64,000 bases of DNA, taken from the NCBI GenBank assembly GCA_033723415.1, contig JAWVXD010000003.1, forward strand, positions 192,001-256,000, written 5' to 3'. This document shows, in pieces, positions 9,144 through 18,418 of this stretch (position 1 is the stretch's first letter; the number at the start of each line of letters is the position of its first letter). This DNA is from Sulfurospirillaceae bacterium. GTDB lineage: Bacteria; Campylobacterota; Campylobacteria; Campylobacterales; Sulfurospirillaceae. The notes below the pieces were generated by a model. The model did no database searches. It was not told the DNA's origin and was given only the letters and a program-made list of their open reading frames with translations. The position numbers and the translations under genes are program-made.

Positions 9144-9449
9144 ATGATGACACTTATTAAAAATTATCTTTTACTCGTTTTGATAAAAGCTATCCTCAAC
9201 TATATACTACTTGCATTGATTGTGCTTGTCGTATTTGGCGGTTATGCACTTATCACAGATTGGGCTAGTATGATTAAATTTGCAACCGAGATAAGAAACA
9301 ATGAATTTGCTAAAATCATTCTTTGGTTGCCTTTGGTTTTGGCATTGTTTAACAAAGTTGAGGGAAATTTTAATAATGAAAATACAAAACGATATAAAGA
9401 AACCGAACACTTCTTTGAAATGTATGACACAATCGGAATGAAATGGTAA
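9144..9449 (+). CDS. small membrane protein
   Basis: two hydrophobic segments, GGGAG RBS. Confidence 0.7.
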   Translation: MMTLIKNYLLLVLIKAILNYILLALIVLVVFGGYALITDWASMIKFATEIRNNEFAKIILWLPLVLALFNKVEGNFNNENTKRYKETEHFFEMYDTIGMKW

Positions 9450-9576
9450 AGGGCTATAATTGTGAAAGTAATATCCTCTTTGTTTAATATGGGGTAGGGT
9501 ATTAAATTACTTCGTTTTTCAATGTTGAAGCCTGATTTTGGTATAATGGATCGAAATAAAGAGAAGGGAGAGCCAA

Positions 9577-9729
9577 ATGCCGTTTTTATTACTGATGATC
9601 TCACTATTTCTTTTTGCATTGGTTCACAATTGGTATCATGCAGCGTTAGGTGTATTGATCGCGATTGTTGCTTCGTTGCTTGCAACATACTGGAAGCCTT
9701 TTAGAGACTCTCTTGAAGAGTATTTTTAA
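9577..9729 (+). CDS. 50-aa membrane peptide
   Basis: MPFLLLMISLFLFALVHNWYHAALGVLIAIVASLLATYWKPF...; RBS and TGGTATAAT promoter upstream. Confidence 0.6.
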   Translation: MPFLLLMISLFLFALVHNWYHAALGVLIAIVASLLATYWKPFRDSLEEYF

Positions 9730-9743
9730 AATAGGAGTATTCT

Positions 9744-9878
9744 ATGATTTTTAATTTAGTTGCCGGAACTTTTACACTTGTTGCTGTCCTCTTAGCGATT
9801 GCAAAATATCGATATGAGAACGGAATCTCAAAATTTAGCCCTTGGCATCCAGACAAAAAAGAAGAGCCAACCCTATAA
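9744..9878 (+). CDS. 44-aa membrane peptide
   Basis: MIFNLVAGTFTLVAVLLAIAKYRY...; AGGAG RBS. Confidence 0.6.
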   Translation: MIFNLVAGTFTLVAVLLAIAKYRYENGISKFSPWHPDKKEEPTL

Positions 9879-9910
9879 AAGGATTGGCGAAGTAATTTAA
9901 TACTGCTGTC

Positions 9911-10258
9911 TTAAAAGTTTTTCCACTTTTTATCGAAATCTTTATCAAACTCTTCAAAAGAACGATCAAAATTGTCCTTATAGACTTTCTCTCCCTTATT
10001 TACTTGTTTTTGAGCTATTATCTTTGTATCAGCTTTTGCAATTGTACTGTTTTTATCATTGTTGCTAGACATCTTTTTAGGCCTTGCTTTTGAGTTTACA
10101 TCTGCTTTATAAAAGCCATCAACTGCATTGTTGAAATCTTTTTGAGCACTTTGATAGCCTGTTTTAAAATCTTCTTTTGATTGTTGAAAAGAGATTTGAT
10201 TGTCACCGACTATAATTAATGTAACCACAAAAGCTGCTACTGCAAATAACCATTTCAT
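9911..10258 (-). CDS. hypothetical exported or membrane-anchored protein
   Basis: N-terminal hydrophobic segment; GGAG RBS. Confidence 0.7.
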   Translation of the reverse strand: MKWLFAVAAFVVTLIIVGDNQISFQQSKEDFKTGYQSAQKDFNNAVDGFYKADVNSKARPKKMSSNNDKNSTIAKADTKIIAQKQVNKGEKVYKDNFDRSFEEFDKDFDKKWKNF

Positions 10259-10270
10259 TTTACACACTCC

Positions 10271-10837
10271 CTAGAATAAATAGTGTAGTTTTACAAAAAC
10301 TGATTTTTCAGTTTTGCCTTGGATCTTATCGATTCCAACTCCGATTGTTAAAAATGGCACTATGCCAGTGTCATCACCTCCACCAAATTCCGTGTTATCT
10401 AATAACGCTTTGCCAGTCCAAACATTGAACTCCATAGAAGCACCATAGTTGTTGCTATCAGCAAGATACGCCTCTAGCTTTGTATTGCTAAACATAGGTA
10501 ATTTAGTTGTCACCGTGCCGTTTATCGTAGGTTTTGTGGCTGTTTGGGAATGTGTAATTGTTGGGATTTTAGAATACGTTACACCGACACCTAAGCCCCA
10601 ATAGAGAGCATTGTCTCTATGTGTTGAATAAAGAGCTCCTTGGTAGAGATCTTTATCAGCTATTTTTTTAAAGCTAAACATAGAAGATAAATTATCTTTA
10701 GTCTCCATTGCAAGACCAAACTCATAGCTGCTCTGCGAACCGACTGAGGCAAAAATATCTCTTGTGTAGTCTTTTGCCATTGCTCCAGTTGCTACAAGAC
10801 TTGCAACTGCTCCCGATAAAATCAACTTTTTGAACAT
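10271..10837 (-). CDS. putative small outer-membrane beta-barrel protein
   Basis: signal peptide, alternating strands, C-terminal VFVKLHYLF. Confidence 0.6.
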   Translation of the reverse strand: MFKKLILSGAVASLVATGAMAKDYTRDIFASVGSQSSYEFGLAMETKDNLSSMFSFKKIADKDLYQGALYSTHRDNALYWGLGVGVTYSKIPTITHSQTATKPTINGTVTTKLPMFSNTKLEAYLADSNNYGASMEFNVWTGKALLDNTEFGGGDDTGIVPFLTIGVGIDKIQGKTEKSVFVKLHYLF

Positions 10838-11166
10838 TGTAAACTCCTTATATTTTGTTTTGTTCATCTATATTCATAATCGAAGAAAGTTTTAATGGTG
10901 TTGGGTTAGGGTATTAAATTACTTCGTTTTTCATATTATGGCAGTATTAAATTACTTCGTTTTGTGGGGAGCAAGCACATTTTTTGATGCGGATAACACT
11001 AAATATTAGAACAAAAAAGGCTAAATGATAGGGGAATTTATGTTTTTACGCAATTTTGAACACTTTTATCCCAATCGAGCAAGAGGGGTATTAAATTACT
11101 TCGTTTTTTGATTTTGCAAGTATTAAATTACTTCGTTTTGAATAGAGAGGGAGACTAAGCTCCCTA

Positions 11167-11904
11167 TTAAAATCTTCTAAATCCACTTTGTGTCGAATAC
11201 TCTTTTTCTTGGATTTGAGGATGTAATGTCTTTTTATTTTGATCAAAATTATTGTGCGTTAAGTACGACGAAATAAAAAGTTTAGCATCCTCATAATCTT
11301 TTCGATTGATTATCACCGCAAATGCTTCGATATTCCACCAAATATTTGCATCTACACCGCTATCCCATGCCATTTTGTATAAAACATTATATTTATATTG
11401 CTGGGCATTAAATTTATCTCTTGTGACTCCTCCTCGTGTCATTTCCATATTTTTTGCTGAAAAAGAGTATCCAAATATCGGTATGTCATTAACAGTGCAA
11501 AGTTTTGATATCTTCGTCCAACTTTTCATATTATCGTTCAGCTTGCCATAGATCATTGTATTGGCATCAAGGGAGTTTACCCCGATAGGAAACATTTTAT
11601 TTTGCCAAGTTGCTGGTTTATCTATTTTTCCTCCTTGAGAACTACAATACTCAGCAAATCGCCGATCGTAAAGTTTTTTAAAATTCTGAGTCCAATCTCC
11701 ATTTTTATCTAATTCTCTATTTTTTGTTGCGGTCAATTCATAGAGCTTTGTTTTGTTGTTCCAACTAAACCCTTGTCCCTCTATAAAATCTTTAACCGTT
11801 GTACTTTTTAGAGCTTCTGGAGACGGCATCGATGTAGTACCGCACCCAGAAAATAACATGATCATAGTTGATAGTAAGAATGTCGTTAAAATCGTCTTTT
11901 TCAT
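11167..11904 (-). CDS. hypothetical lipoprotein
   Basis: lipobox LFSGC. Confidence 0.8.
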   Translation of the reverse strand: MKKTILTTFLLSTMIMLFSGCGTTSMPSPEALKSTTVKDFIEGQGFSWNNKTKLYELTATKNRELDKNGDWTQNFKKLYDRRFAEYCSSQGGKIDKPATWQNKMFPIGVNSLDANTMIYGKLNDNMKSWTKISKLCTVNDIPIFGYSFSAKNMEMTRGGVTRDKFNAQQYKYNVLYKMAWDSGVDANIWWNIEAFAVIINRKDYEDAKLFISSYLTHNNFDQNKKTLHPQIQEKEYSTQSGFRRF

Positions 11905-11913
11905 GATGTTCTC

Positions 11914-12981
11914 CTAGTAATTTATCATTTCGGTATCGGTTGGCGTATTGGCAGCATTGGTCGTAAGATTGTGATACTTTTTGAGTAACGGTGTCAATGC
12001 TCTTAATATTTTGCCATAAGTTGCTTCCCACTCTTTTGCCTTAAAAATCAGAACTTTACCGTCTTTCGTTCTTGCCTTAAAAGGCATCATCATCTCTGCA
12101 TCACCGTCTATTTTTACGCTCAAGGACTCTACATATTTGACGTTATGAAAAACTGGATAATTCTTATACAAGATTTGTTTAATGATCGGTTTTGCTTGAT
12201 CCAAAAGCTCATCTGCTTTAATTTGTGCATCTCTTGGCAATAGATAAATTGAAGCAAAAGGCACGTTTTTAGTAAAGTCAGATACGAAAAAATATGGATC
12301 TTTCCACGCCCTTTCTTCTTCGATATAAAATGATGGAGACCAATCTGTATATTCCTTTATCTTTGCACCGGATAATTCAAAATACTTAGGAAATTCCTTT
12401 ATATTCAGCTTCCATTTTTCTTTAGCATTTTTGAGATATGGATCTGGAGAAAAGACATCAAAAACTGGCTTGAAAAATTTTGGCGTATAGATTTCAACGA
12501 AATTACCATTTCTCACATACCCGAAAAAATTATGATTATTTATTTTGCAAGATCTTCCCGTCCATCCAATAGTCGCTTTCAACTGAGCGGCTTTTTGAAC
12601 TTTGCCGTTTTCGAGATACTTTTTGATCATCTCTTTTTTTCTATCAATCAGATATCCACTTTTTGCTACACAATATCTCTCTAGCTCTCGTGAGATCGAA
12701 TTGAAAAAATCTCCTAATCTAGGGGTGATAAGGGGATTACACATCATCTTATTTTTTGGCGTAATATTGCCGCAACCGATAGGTATTTCCCGTGTTCTGT
12801 CTAATCGATAAGTGAGAGGCAAACTATCCATAAACTCTTCAAAGTTCATCGCCTTGTATTTTTGAAGATCGCCTTTTTGGATCTTCGGTACTTTAGGAAT
12901 AGCGGATGGCCGTTCTGGTAATGCACAACCACTAAACAATGCTCCTGCAATTGCTACTGTAATTAAAATATTCCCTTTCAT
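11914..12981 (-). CDS. hypothetical lipoprotein
   Basis: lipobox LFSGC. Confidence 0.8.
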   Translation of the reverse strand: MKGNILITVAIAGALFSGCALPERPSAIPKVPKIQKGDLQKYKAMNFEEFMDSLPLTYRLDRTREIPIGCGNITPKNKMMCNPLITPRLGDFFNSISRELERYCVAKSGYLIDRKKEMIKKYLENGKVQKAAQLKATIGWTGRSCKINNHNFFGYVRNGNFVEIYTPKFFKPVFDVFSPDPYLKNAKEKWKLNIKEFPKYFELSGAKIKEYTDWSPSFYIEEERAWKDPYFFVSDFTKNVPFASIYLLPRDAQIKADELLDQAKPIIKQILYKNYPVFHNVKYVESLSVKIDGDAEMMMPFKARTKDGKVLIFKAKEWEATYGKILRALTPLLKKYHNLTTNAANTPTDTEMINY

Positions 12982-13020
12982 TTCTTAACTCCTTATATGA
13001 TTTCATTGATATTCATAAAA

Positions 13021-14607
13021 TTACCTGACGATATTAAGCATAGATCCTAAAATACCTGTTGAAGTGGATGCTTTATCGATCAAGTCTTGTTTCATCAGAT
13101 AGTTTTTGTTTGCCGCTATTTTGCTGGCCAACTGCATAGCAAGTCTTGCCATGTCCTGCTTGTTTTCTCTTTGAAACTGATTGATAGCTCTTTTGACATT
13201 ATTTGCCCATTTTTTGCTTTTTGCCTCTCTCATCGCTCGATTAAAGTTCTCTTGTACGCTCTCGCTCGATTCGATATTAAAAGAGATCCTTTGATTGAGG
13301 ATGTATCCCTCACTTTTAGAAAAGATAATGTCGTTGTAGCTGGTATGAACCCTTGGAAAATTAATAATATCTTTGCCTTTCGGTCGCCAAAAATCACTAG
13401 GATCACTTATATATTTTTTTAAAAAGTCGTTTTTACCAGTAATTTTTCTATATAGATATTCTCTCACTCTGTATTGGATCTCTTCAAGAGAGTAGCTGTT
13501 GTTTTTACTCATATCGATGCTGCTAAAAGCCTCAAGATATAATTTCATGAGCTTCTTAAAGTAATCATCGAACTTTTTGTGCTGATTCTCTTTTGAGAGG
13601 TTAATGCCATCGGCATTTAATGATCTATCGATCACGATAATGTTTTTATTTGACATTTCACCGCCAAAAGCTCTCATGAAAATCAAATCTCCGTAAAAAT
13701 GCAATTCTCTTACTGGAGAAATCTCAACAATCGGTTGGGAATTTTTCATCAGTATAAATCTTCCCTCTTGTGGTTGAGTCTGTAAAATATAACGCTTGTT
13801 GAAAAACTTTAAATCATTATCAAAAAAGTTTTTCATCGTAAATACAAAGTTTCCACTCCATCCTCCAGAAACATCAACGATAAATTTACTTCGATAAAAA
13901 GATACCGCGAGATACGTTTGAGGTAGTTCATAGGTTCTGGCACTGACACTTACCTTTGGCAAACCGTAGATAGAAAAAAACTCATTAAACAATTTGTTAT
14001 ATTTGTAGAAAAACTTATCCATTAGAAGATTAGACATAGCCAATATTCTAGCTCTGGCACTCAAAAGCCCGTTTGCACCGCCATAAGCCAATCTCGCTCC
14101 CATCGCCCATTGATTTCCCATCTGTTGAGTCATCGTTTGATCCTGATAATACATATAGTTGCGATTTGCCATCATGGCCTCTTGCTCTGCAAAATTTTTA
14201 AAGCTATTTGGCAAATCAACTTTCCTAATTGGCAGCCAATCCATGAAAGTTCGTGGATCTTTTGTGTATTTATCGATAAACTTTTCTACGAGATAATCAA
14301 TCTCTGGCATCATCATTGTTGCCTGCATATCGATAACCCTTTTTATATTTCTTGATTTAGAGTTACTTTGAGATGTTTCGGAAGATAGTGTTTGCTCTTT
14401 TTCCTTGGATTTTGAAGTTTCAGATCCTTGATTTACCTCTTGCCCTTTTTCATGACTGATCGTTTTTGATGTTTCATTTGTGTGTGATCGATCAACACTC
14501 TTTTGTACCGATTGATCATTTGTTTTCGAGTAATGTTCATCTTGTCCGATTGAGTTTGCAAACAGTGCCGTTGCCAGCATGGTTGCCAATATTAGTATCT
14601 TATACAT
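13021..14607 (-). CDS. hypothetical secreted protein
   Basis: signal peptide ending ALFA, Ser/Lys-rich N-region. Confidence 0.8.
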   Translation of the reverse strand: MYKILILATMLATALFANSIGQDEHYSKTNDQSVQKSVDRSHTNETSKTISHEKGQEVNQGSETSKSKEKEQTLSSETSQSNSKSRNIKRVIDMQATMMMPEIDYLVEKFIDKYTKDPRTFMDWLPIRKVDLPNSFKNFAEQEAMMANRNYMYYQDQTMTQQMGNQWAMGARLAYGGANGLLSARARILAMSNLLMDKFFYKYNKLFNEFFSIYGLPKVSVSARTYELPQTYLAVSFYRSKFIVDVSGGWSGNFVFTMKNFFDNDLKFFNKRYILQTQPQEGRFILMKNSQPIVEISPVRELHFYGDLIFMRAFGGEMSNKNIIVIDRSLNADGINLSKENQHKKFDDYFKKLMKLYLEAFSSIDMSKNNSYSLEEIQYRVREYLYRKITGKNDFLKKYISDPSDFWRPKGKDIINFPRVHTSYNDIIFSKSEGYILNQRISFNIESSESVQENFNRAMREAKSKKWANNVKRAINQFQRENKQDMARLAMQLASKIAANKNYLMKQDLIDKASTSTGILGSMLNIVR

Positions 14608-14617
14608 CTTACACCTC

Positions 14618-14971
14618 TTAGCGTTCTCTACCAGCGTTTTTAGACTGCTGTTTGGTTTTGGCTTTATTCTGTTTTAGAGATTTTTCCTCATTTCTTATTT
14701 TTTTGAGTTCACTTTTTATATTTTTTCTCCTCAATTTGTATTGAGTTTTTTCTCGTTTTTTATTCATCTTTTTTGCTTTTTCTTCTTGAGCTTTTTGATT
14801 CATTCTTTTAAAATTATCAATGATCTTTTCAATATCATCTCCACCGTTTTTCGATTTTTCCCAGCTTTGATTTAATTGTTGCTCTTTCCACAAATCTTGG
14901 TTTTGTGCATATTGCGGTTGTTCTTGAGTTTTATACTCTTCAACCGGTTGTTTTTTATCATGTTCGTTCAT
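14618..14971 (-). CDS. basic coiled-coil hypothetical protein
   Basis: GAGGAG RBS; in relaxase operon; ends GRER. Confidence 0.7.
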   Translation of the reverse strand: MNEHDKKQPVEEYKTQEQPQYAQNQDLWKEQQLNQSWEKSKNGGDDIEKIIDNFKRMNQKAQEEKAKKMNKKREKTQYKLRRKNIKSELKKIRNEEKSLKQNKAKTKQQSKNAGRER

Positions 14972-14974
14972 CTG

Positions 14975-15223
14975 TTACTCCTCTTCTATTTGAATTTCAT
15001 CAAAATACTTTTCAAGGTATTTCGCCGCAACTTCAAACGACTTCTCTTCAAACTCTTTTATCTCATGATTGGTTAATCCAATCGTTTGAAATAATGCACC
15101 TATGTTGTTCCTCAATGCTCTTGTTTGGACTACATCACGCAATACAAGATTTAAAATTAACTCTTGCTGCTTTTCAAGGTTCTCCAATTTTTCTAAAATT
15201 TGAGCCTTATCTTGTTCGTTCAT
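14975..15223 (-). CDS. small hypothetical protein
   Basis: MNEQDKAQ start with AAGGAG RBS; overlaps relaxase end. Confidence 0.65.
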   Translation of the reverse strand: MNEQDKAQILEKLENLEKQQELILNLVLRDVVQTRALRNNIGALFQTIGLTNHEIKEFEEKSFEVAAKYLEKYFDEIQIEEE

Positions 15224-16985
15224 TTTTGATCTCCTTGTTTTTAGATTTTGGTTTCTGCTTATATTCATAATTCTTGTCAATTTTTCTCTCTTGCGCTTTT
15301 ATATCTCTGGCAAGTTTTCCAATACTTTGATTTTTTTGCATTTTAGAGATCATCTTGTGGTTTGAATGAATAGTCTTGAGATCCTTTTGGGTCTGATAGA
15401 TAGCTTTGCCAGTCTCTTTCATGGCTTTCCAAGCTATCTTTGTCGCAAATTTCAAAGTAAATTTTGTTGTGGCTAAAGCGACCGATAATCCAAAAGCCAA
15501 AAATCGCTCTTCGGCACTTCGAGGCTTAAATGACCAATATGTCTTTTTTATATCTTTGGAGAACTTATCTAGTGTTGCGAGTGGCTTAGTCAATGTAAAT
15601 GGAGAGTGTGTGCCTGTTTTTGTCCATTGATTGACCCATCTATCAACTTCTTTGCCATATCCCTTTATCGTTTTATTGAACTTGCTTGGGAGTAATTTCT
15701 CGGTTAATTTCTCGATATGTTTAGCAGCTTCTGGAGAGTCTTTATATTTTAAAAACACTTCTCTACTAACGGCAAGTTTATAAGTGCTGCCCTCTTTAGT
15801 AACCAAACCTTTTGATTTGAGTTGCTCCAGTCGTTGCACTTGCAACATCGTATTCTTGCTAATTGCTTCAAACGAAACATATTTTTGGGTGATAGCTTTT
15901 ATCATTGCCTTGTCTGGATCTAGCTCTCCAAGTGTTAATAGCGTACTATCTATAATGTCGATTTTTGTTTGTGTCTCAAGTTTCCTCAGCTCTTCGATCT
16001 TTTGGAAATTCATGTGTATTTGGAGGGTTCTATCTCGTCTGTCTAAGTCCAATCCACCTTTTACGCCTTTTAGATCTTTCAAGCTTTTGAAGTGCTTTTG
16101 ATTGTTTTTATAGAGATTACTTTGTTCTTGTTTGATCTCTTTGAGAGATTGATATAAGTGACTTTTTTCAACTTCTAATCCGCTACTTTTCTTAGCATTC
16201 TCAATGATACGGGCTTTTTCTTGAGAGTATTTTTCGAGGTCTATTTTGAAGTTTTGCCCATCGATACTTTTTGATATTCCAAGCTTTTCCAGCCCTCTCA
16301 ATCTTTGAGCTACTCTTGTTCTCCAGTAGTCTTTTTGTTTGTCGCTCATCTTGCTTTTATTGAGAGCCCATTCAAATCTTTTCCAACCAAAATGGCCGTT
16401 ATCTTTGTTGATATGCTTCCAAATAAAATTATCAGCTTTTTGGGTATTTGTATAGTTACCCCTCTCGTATTTTTTATTGATCGCATCCATCCTTTTTTGA
16501 TTGCGTTCAATAACTTGTGCTCGCTCTTTTGCATCTTTTGTATATTTGAGTTCTATTGCATCTAATTTGTTAATCCATCCTTTCCCTTTTCCGCTTCTAT
16601 TGAGAGCTTCTTTACTTCCAAAATATGCAATGTGTAGATGTTTGTTTGAACCATCTGGCATATGATGTATAGCATAAACTGCACCCAGCTTTTCTTTTGC
16701 TTGTACACTTCTTTCTTGGATAATATCTTTGGCCATTTGGTGCAACTCTTGGATAGTCAATTGGTCTGTTTGAGGATTGTAAATCTTTATCTCTTGGGCA
16801 TCAAATTTTTGTCCAATGGTATCGGCTGTTTTAAAGTCAATTTTATTGCCGTTGTAGTTGTATAAATTCCTAATTTGTTTATTATCAGTTGTATCAAGAT
16901 ATTTGTATCGCCCATTAACTTTGCCGTTTTCGAGATACTCCAATGAGGCTCTAAGATTACTCACTCTTTGAGTTTTTTCAATCAT
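15207..16985 (-). CDS. HUH relaxase (MOBP-like, divergent)
   Basis: N-terminal SLEYLE Tyr; AVYAIHHMPDGSNKHLHIAY three-His motif. Confidence 0.8.
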   Translation of the reverse strand: MIEKTQRVSNLRASLEYLENGKVNGRYKYLDTTDNKQIRNLYNYNGNKIDFKTADTIGQKFDAQEIKIYNPQTDQLTIQELHQMAKDIIQERSVQAKEKLGAVYAIHHMPDGSNKHLHIAYFGSKEALNRSGKGKGWINKLDAIELKYTKDAKERAQVIERNQKRMDAINKKYERGNYTNTQKADNFIWKHINKDNGHFGWKRFEWALNKSKMSDKQKDYWRTRVAQRLRGLEKLGISKSIDGQNFKIDLEKYSQEKARIIENAKKSSGLEVEKSHLYQSLKEIKQEQSNLYKNNQKHFKSLKDLKGVKGGLDLDRRDRTLQIHMNFQKIEELRKLETQTKIDIIDSTLLTLGELDPDKAMIKAITQKYVSFEAISKNTMLQVQRLEQLKSKGLVTKEGSTYKLAVSREVFLKYKDSPEAAKHIEKLTEKLLPSKFNKTIKGYGKEVDRWVNQWTKTGTHSPFTLTKPLATLDKFSKDIKKTYWSFKPRSAEERFLAFGLSVALATTKFTLKFATKIAWKAMKETGKAIYQTQKDLKTIHSNHKMISKMQKNQSIGKLARDIKAQERKIDKNYEYKQKPKSKNKEIKNERTR

Positions 16986-17391
16986 TTTTCACCTCTTTAT
17001 TTTCTTTACTACTTTCAACTTTAAAGCCTGCATCGGAATAGTGTTTTTGAGTAATTTCAACTGCTTTTCTCCAAGCTGCTTCCTCCGCTTTTGTTGCCTC
17101 ATCTTTATCTCTAACAACACTATGAAATGCTTTAACTTGATAACGAGTTGCTACGCTATAAAGTGTGTTTTTTGCAAGCAAAGAGTTGTATCTATTGAGT
17201 TCCTTTTCAATTCGTTTTTCTATATTTTCTAACCGTTTATCCATTACTGCTAAATGGTCTGTGATCATCCCATTGACATACTGCTGTAAAGCATCTCTTA
17301 CCACATCGCTTTTACTGATTTTGTTTATTCTCGCCAGCTCTTCAAGCGCAAAATGAATACCCTCGTCTATTTTTACATTAATGTGTGTCAT
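16978..17391 (-). CDS. ribbon-helix-helix relaxosome accessory protein
   Basis: INVKIDE...LEELARINKISKSDVVRDAL; overlaps relaxase start. Confidence 0.8.
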   Translation of the reverse strand: MTHINVKIDEGIHFALEELARINKISKSDVVRDALQQYVNGMITDHLAVMDKRLENIEKRIEKELNRYNSLLAKNTLYSVATRYQVKAFHSVVRDKDEATKAEEAAWRKAVEITQKHYSDAGFKVESSKENKEVKND

Positions 17392-17469
17392 TTTCTCTCC
17401 TAAGTGTCTATTTATCGATATTCATAAAAAGTCGTAATACGCAAATTTTAAAGATGTAATACGGCTTTC

Positions 17470-17565
17470 AACCCAAACCGCAAAGGTTTGACCCGACACA
17501 TAATATGTGGCTGACTTGTCTTAAAAGAAAAAAGCAAACTTTTTTCTTTTTTACATCCTTGTACT
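17470..17565. other. candidate oriT
   Basis: three inverted repeats then ACATCCTTG, between divergent mob operons. Confidence 0.55.
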
Positions 17566-17659
17566 TCGCACTCGGCATTGGGTTGTTAAGGGAAAAGAGC
17601 CTCAACAATTTAATAAATTATGAATATAGATGAAACATAAATTTACACAAGGAGTAACA

Positions 17660-17953
17660 ATGTCAATTATAGATACCGTACTAAAAAAGTACGATACAAG
17701 CGGCTGTGAGAAAAAATCATCATTGAGCGTAAAAATAAACGCAAATCTTGCCAAAGATATTGATACAGTTTGCAATCATCTTGGTATTTCAAAAAGCCAA
17801 CTGGTAGCGGATATTATTGAAGTATCTGGCATATCAAAAAAAGCGGAAGAGATAGCGGTACTAAAGGAAGAAAAAGAGACTTCAAATAAAAGTCAAACTG
17901 GTAATTTTTCTCCCTTAAAAACCAATCAAGCGACAGATAGTAAAGGAGAGTAA
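17660..17953 (+). CDS. RHH-type DNA-binding protein
   Basis: SLSVKINANLAKDIDTVCNHLGISKSQLVADII. Confidence 0.7.
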   Translation: MSIIDTVLKKYDTSGCEKKSSLSVKINANLAKDIDTVCNHLGISKSQLVADIIEVSGISKKAEEIAVLKEEKETSNKSQTGNFSPLKTNQATDSKGE

Positions 17954-17955
17954 AA

Positions 17956-18405
17956 ATGGCATTAGGATTTTTACATGAAAATTGGCTTTTTCGTGCTTTT
18001 GAGAACATAGAAACAAATGTAAAAATGGAGACTAAAGGTTGGAGTCTATATGCAAGTATTATTGGATCGCCATTTATAGTTTCGTCGATAATCTATTTTA
18101 TCCATAAAATAATGGAAAGAAGAGCGATGCAGTTAGCACGAATTTCTCTTAGACATTTTAGCTGGATTGACATATCAATAATTCCTTACATTGGTATTGG
18201 GGTAGTCCTCACATTGTTGGTAGCTTTTTTGTTTGGAAAAAAATTTTTAGATTATGTCAAAGAAGAGAATAAAAAGCTCATCAGCGATGAGTATATAAGA
18301 GGTGCAAAATTAGTTTGCAATGATGATTTTAATGATCAGTTTACTGAATACGATGACTTTATAGAGATAAAAGTTGTTGATGAACAATGTACGAGACAGT
18401 TTTAA
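17956..18405 (+). CDS. membrane protein resembling the N-terminal anchor of TraD/TrwB coupling proteins
   Basis: two TM segments followed by YIRGAKLV. Confidence 0.7.
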   Translation: MALGFLHENWLFRAFENIETNVKMETKGWSLYASIIGSPFIVSSIIYFIHKIMERRAMQLARISLRHFSWIDISIIPYIGIGVVLTLLVAFLFGKKFLDYVKEENKKLISDEYIRGAKLVCNDDFNDQFTEYDDFIEIKVVDEQCTRQF

Positions 18406-18418
18406 GAGGGAGTAAAAA

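Larger units (their letters stand above)
8977..11138. repeat. dispersed 19-bp repeat GTATTAAATTACTTCGTTT (9 copies here, a tenth at 6483)
   Basis: copies at 8977, 9022, 9092, 9499, 10911, 10944, 11088, 11120; inverted 16-bp copy at 9888-9903. Confidence 0.92.

Noticed and set aside
9207..9704. ORF-track entries 9207-9410, 9242-9688 and 9522-9704
   Set aside because: Shadow frames of better-supported small ORFs with RBSs
8977..11138. CRISPR array interpretation of the 19-bp repeats
   Set aside because: Repeat is short, gaps range from ~13 bp to 1 kb and contain genes, one copy is inverted, and no cas genes are present
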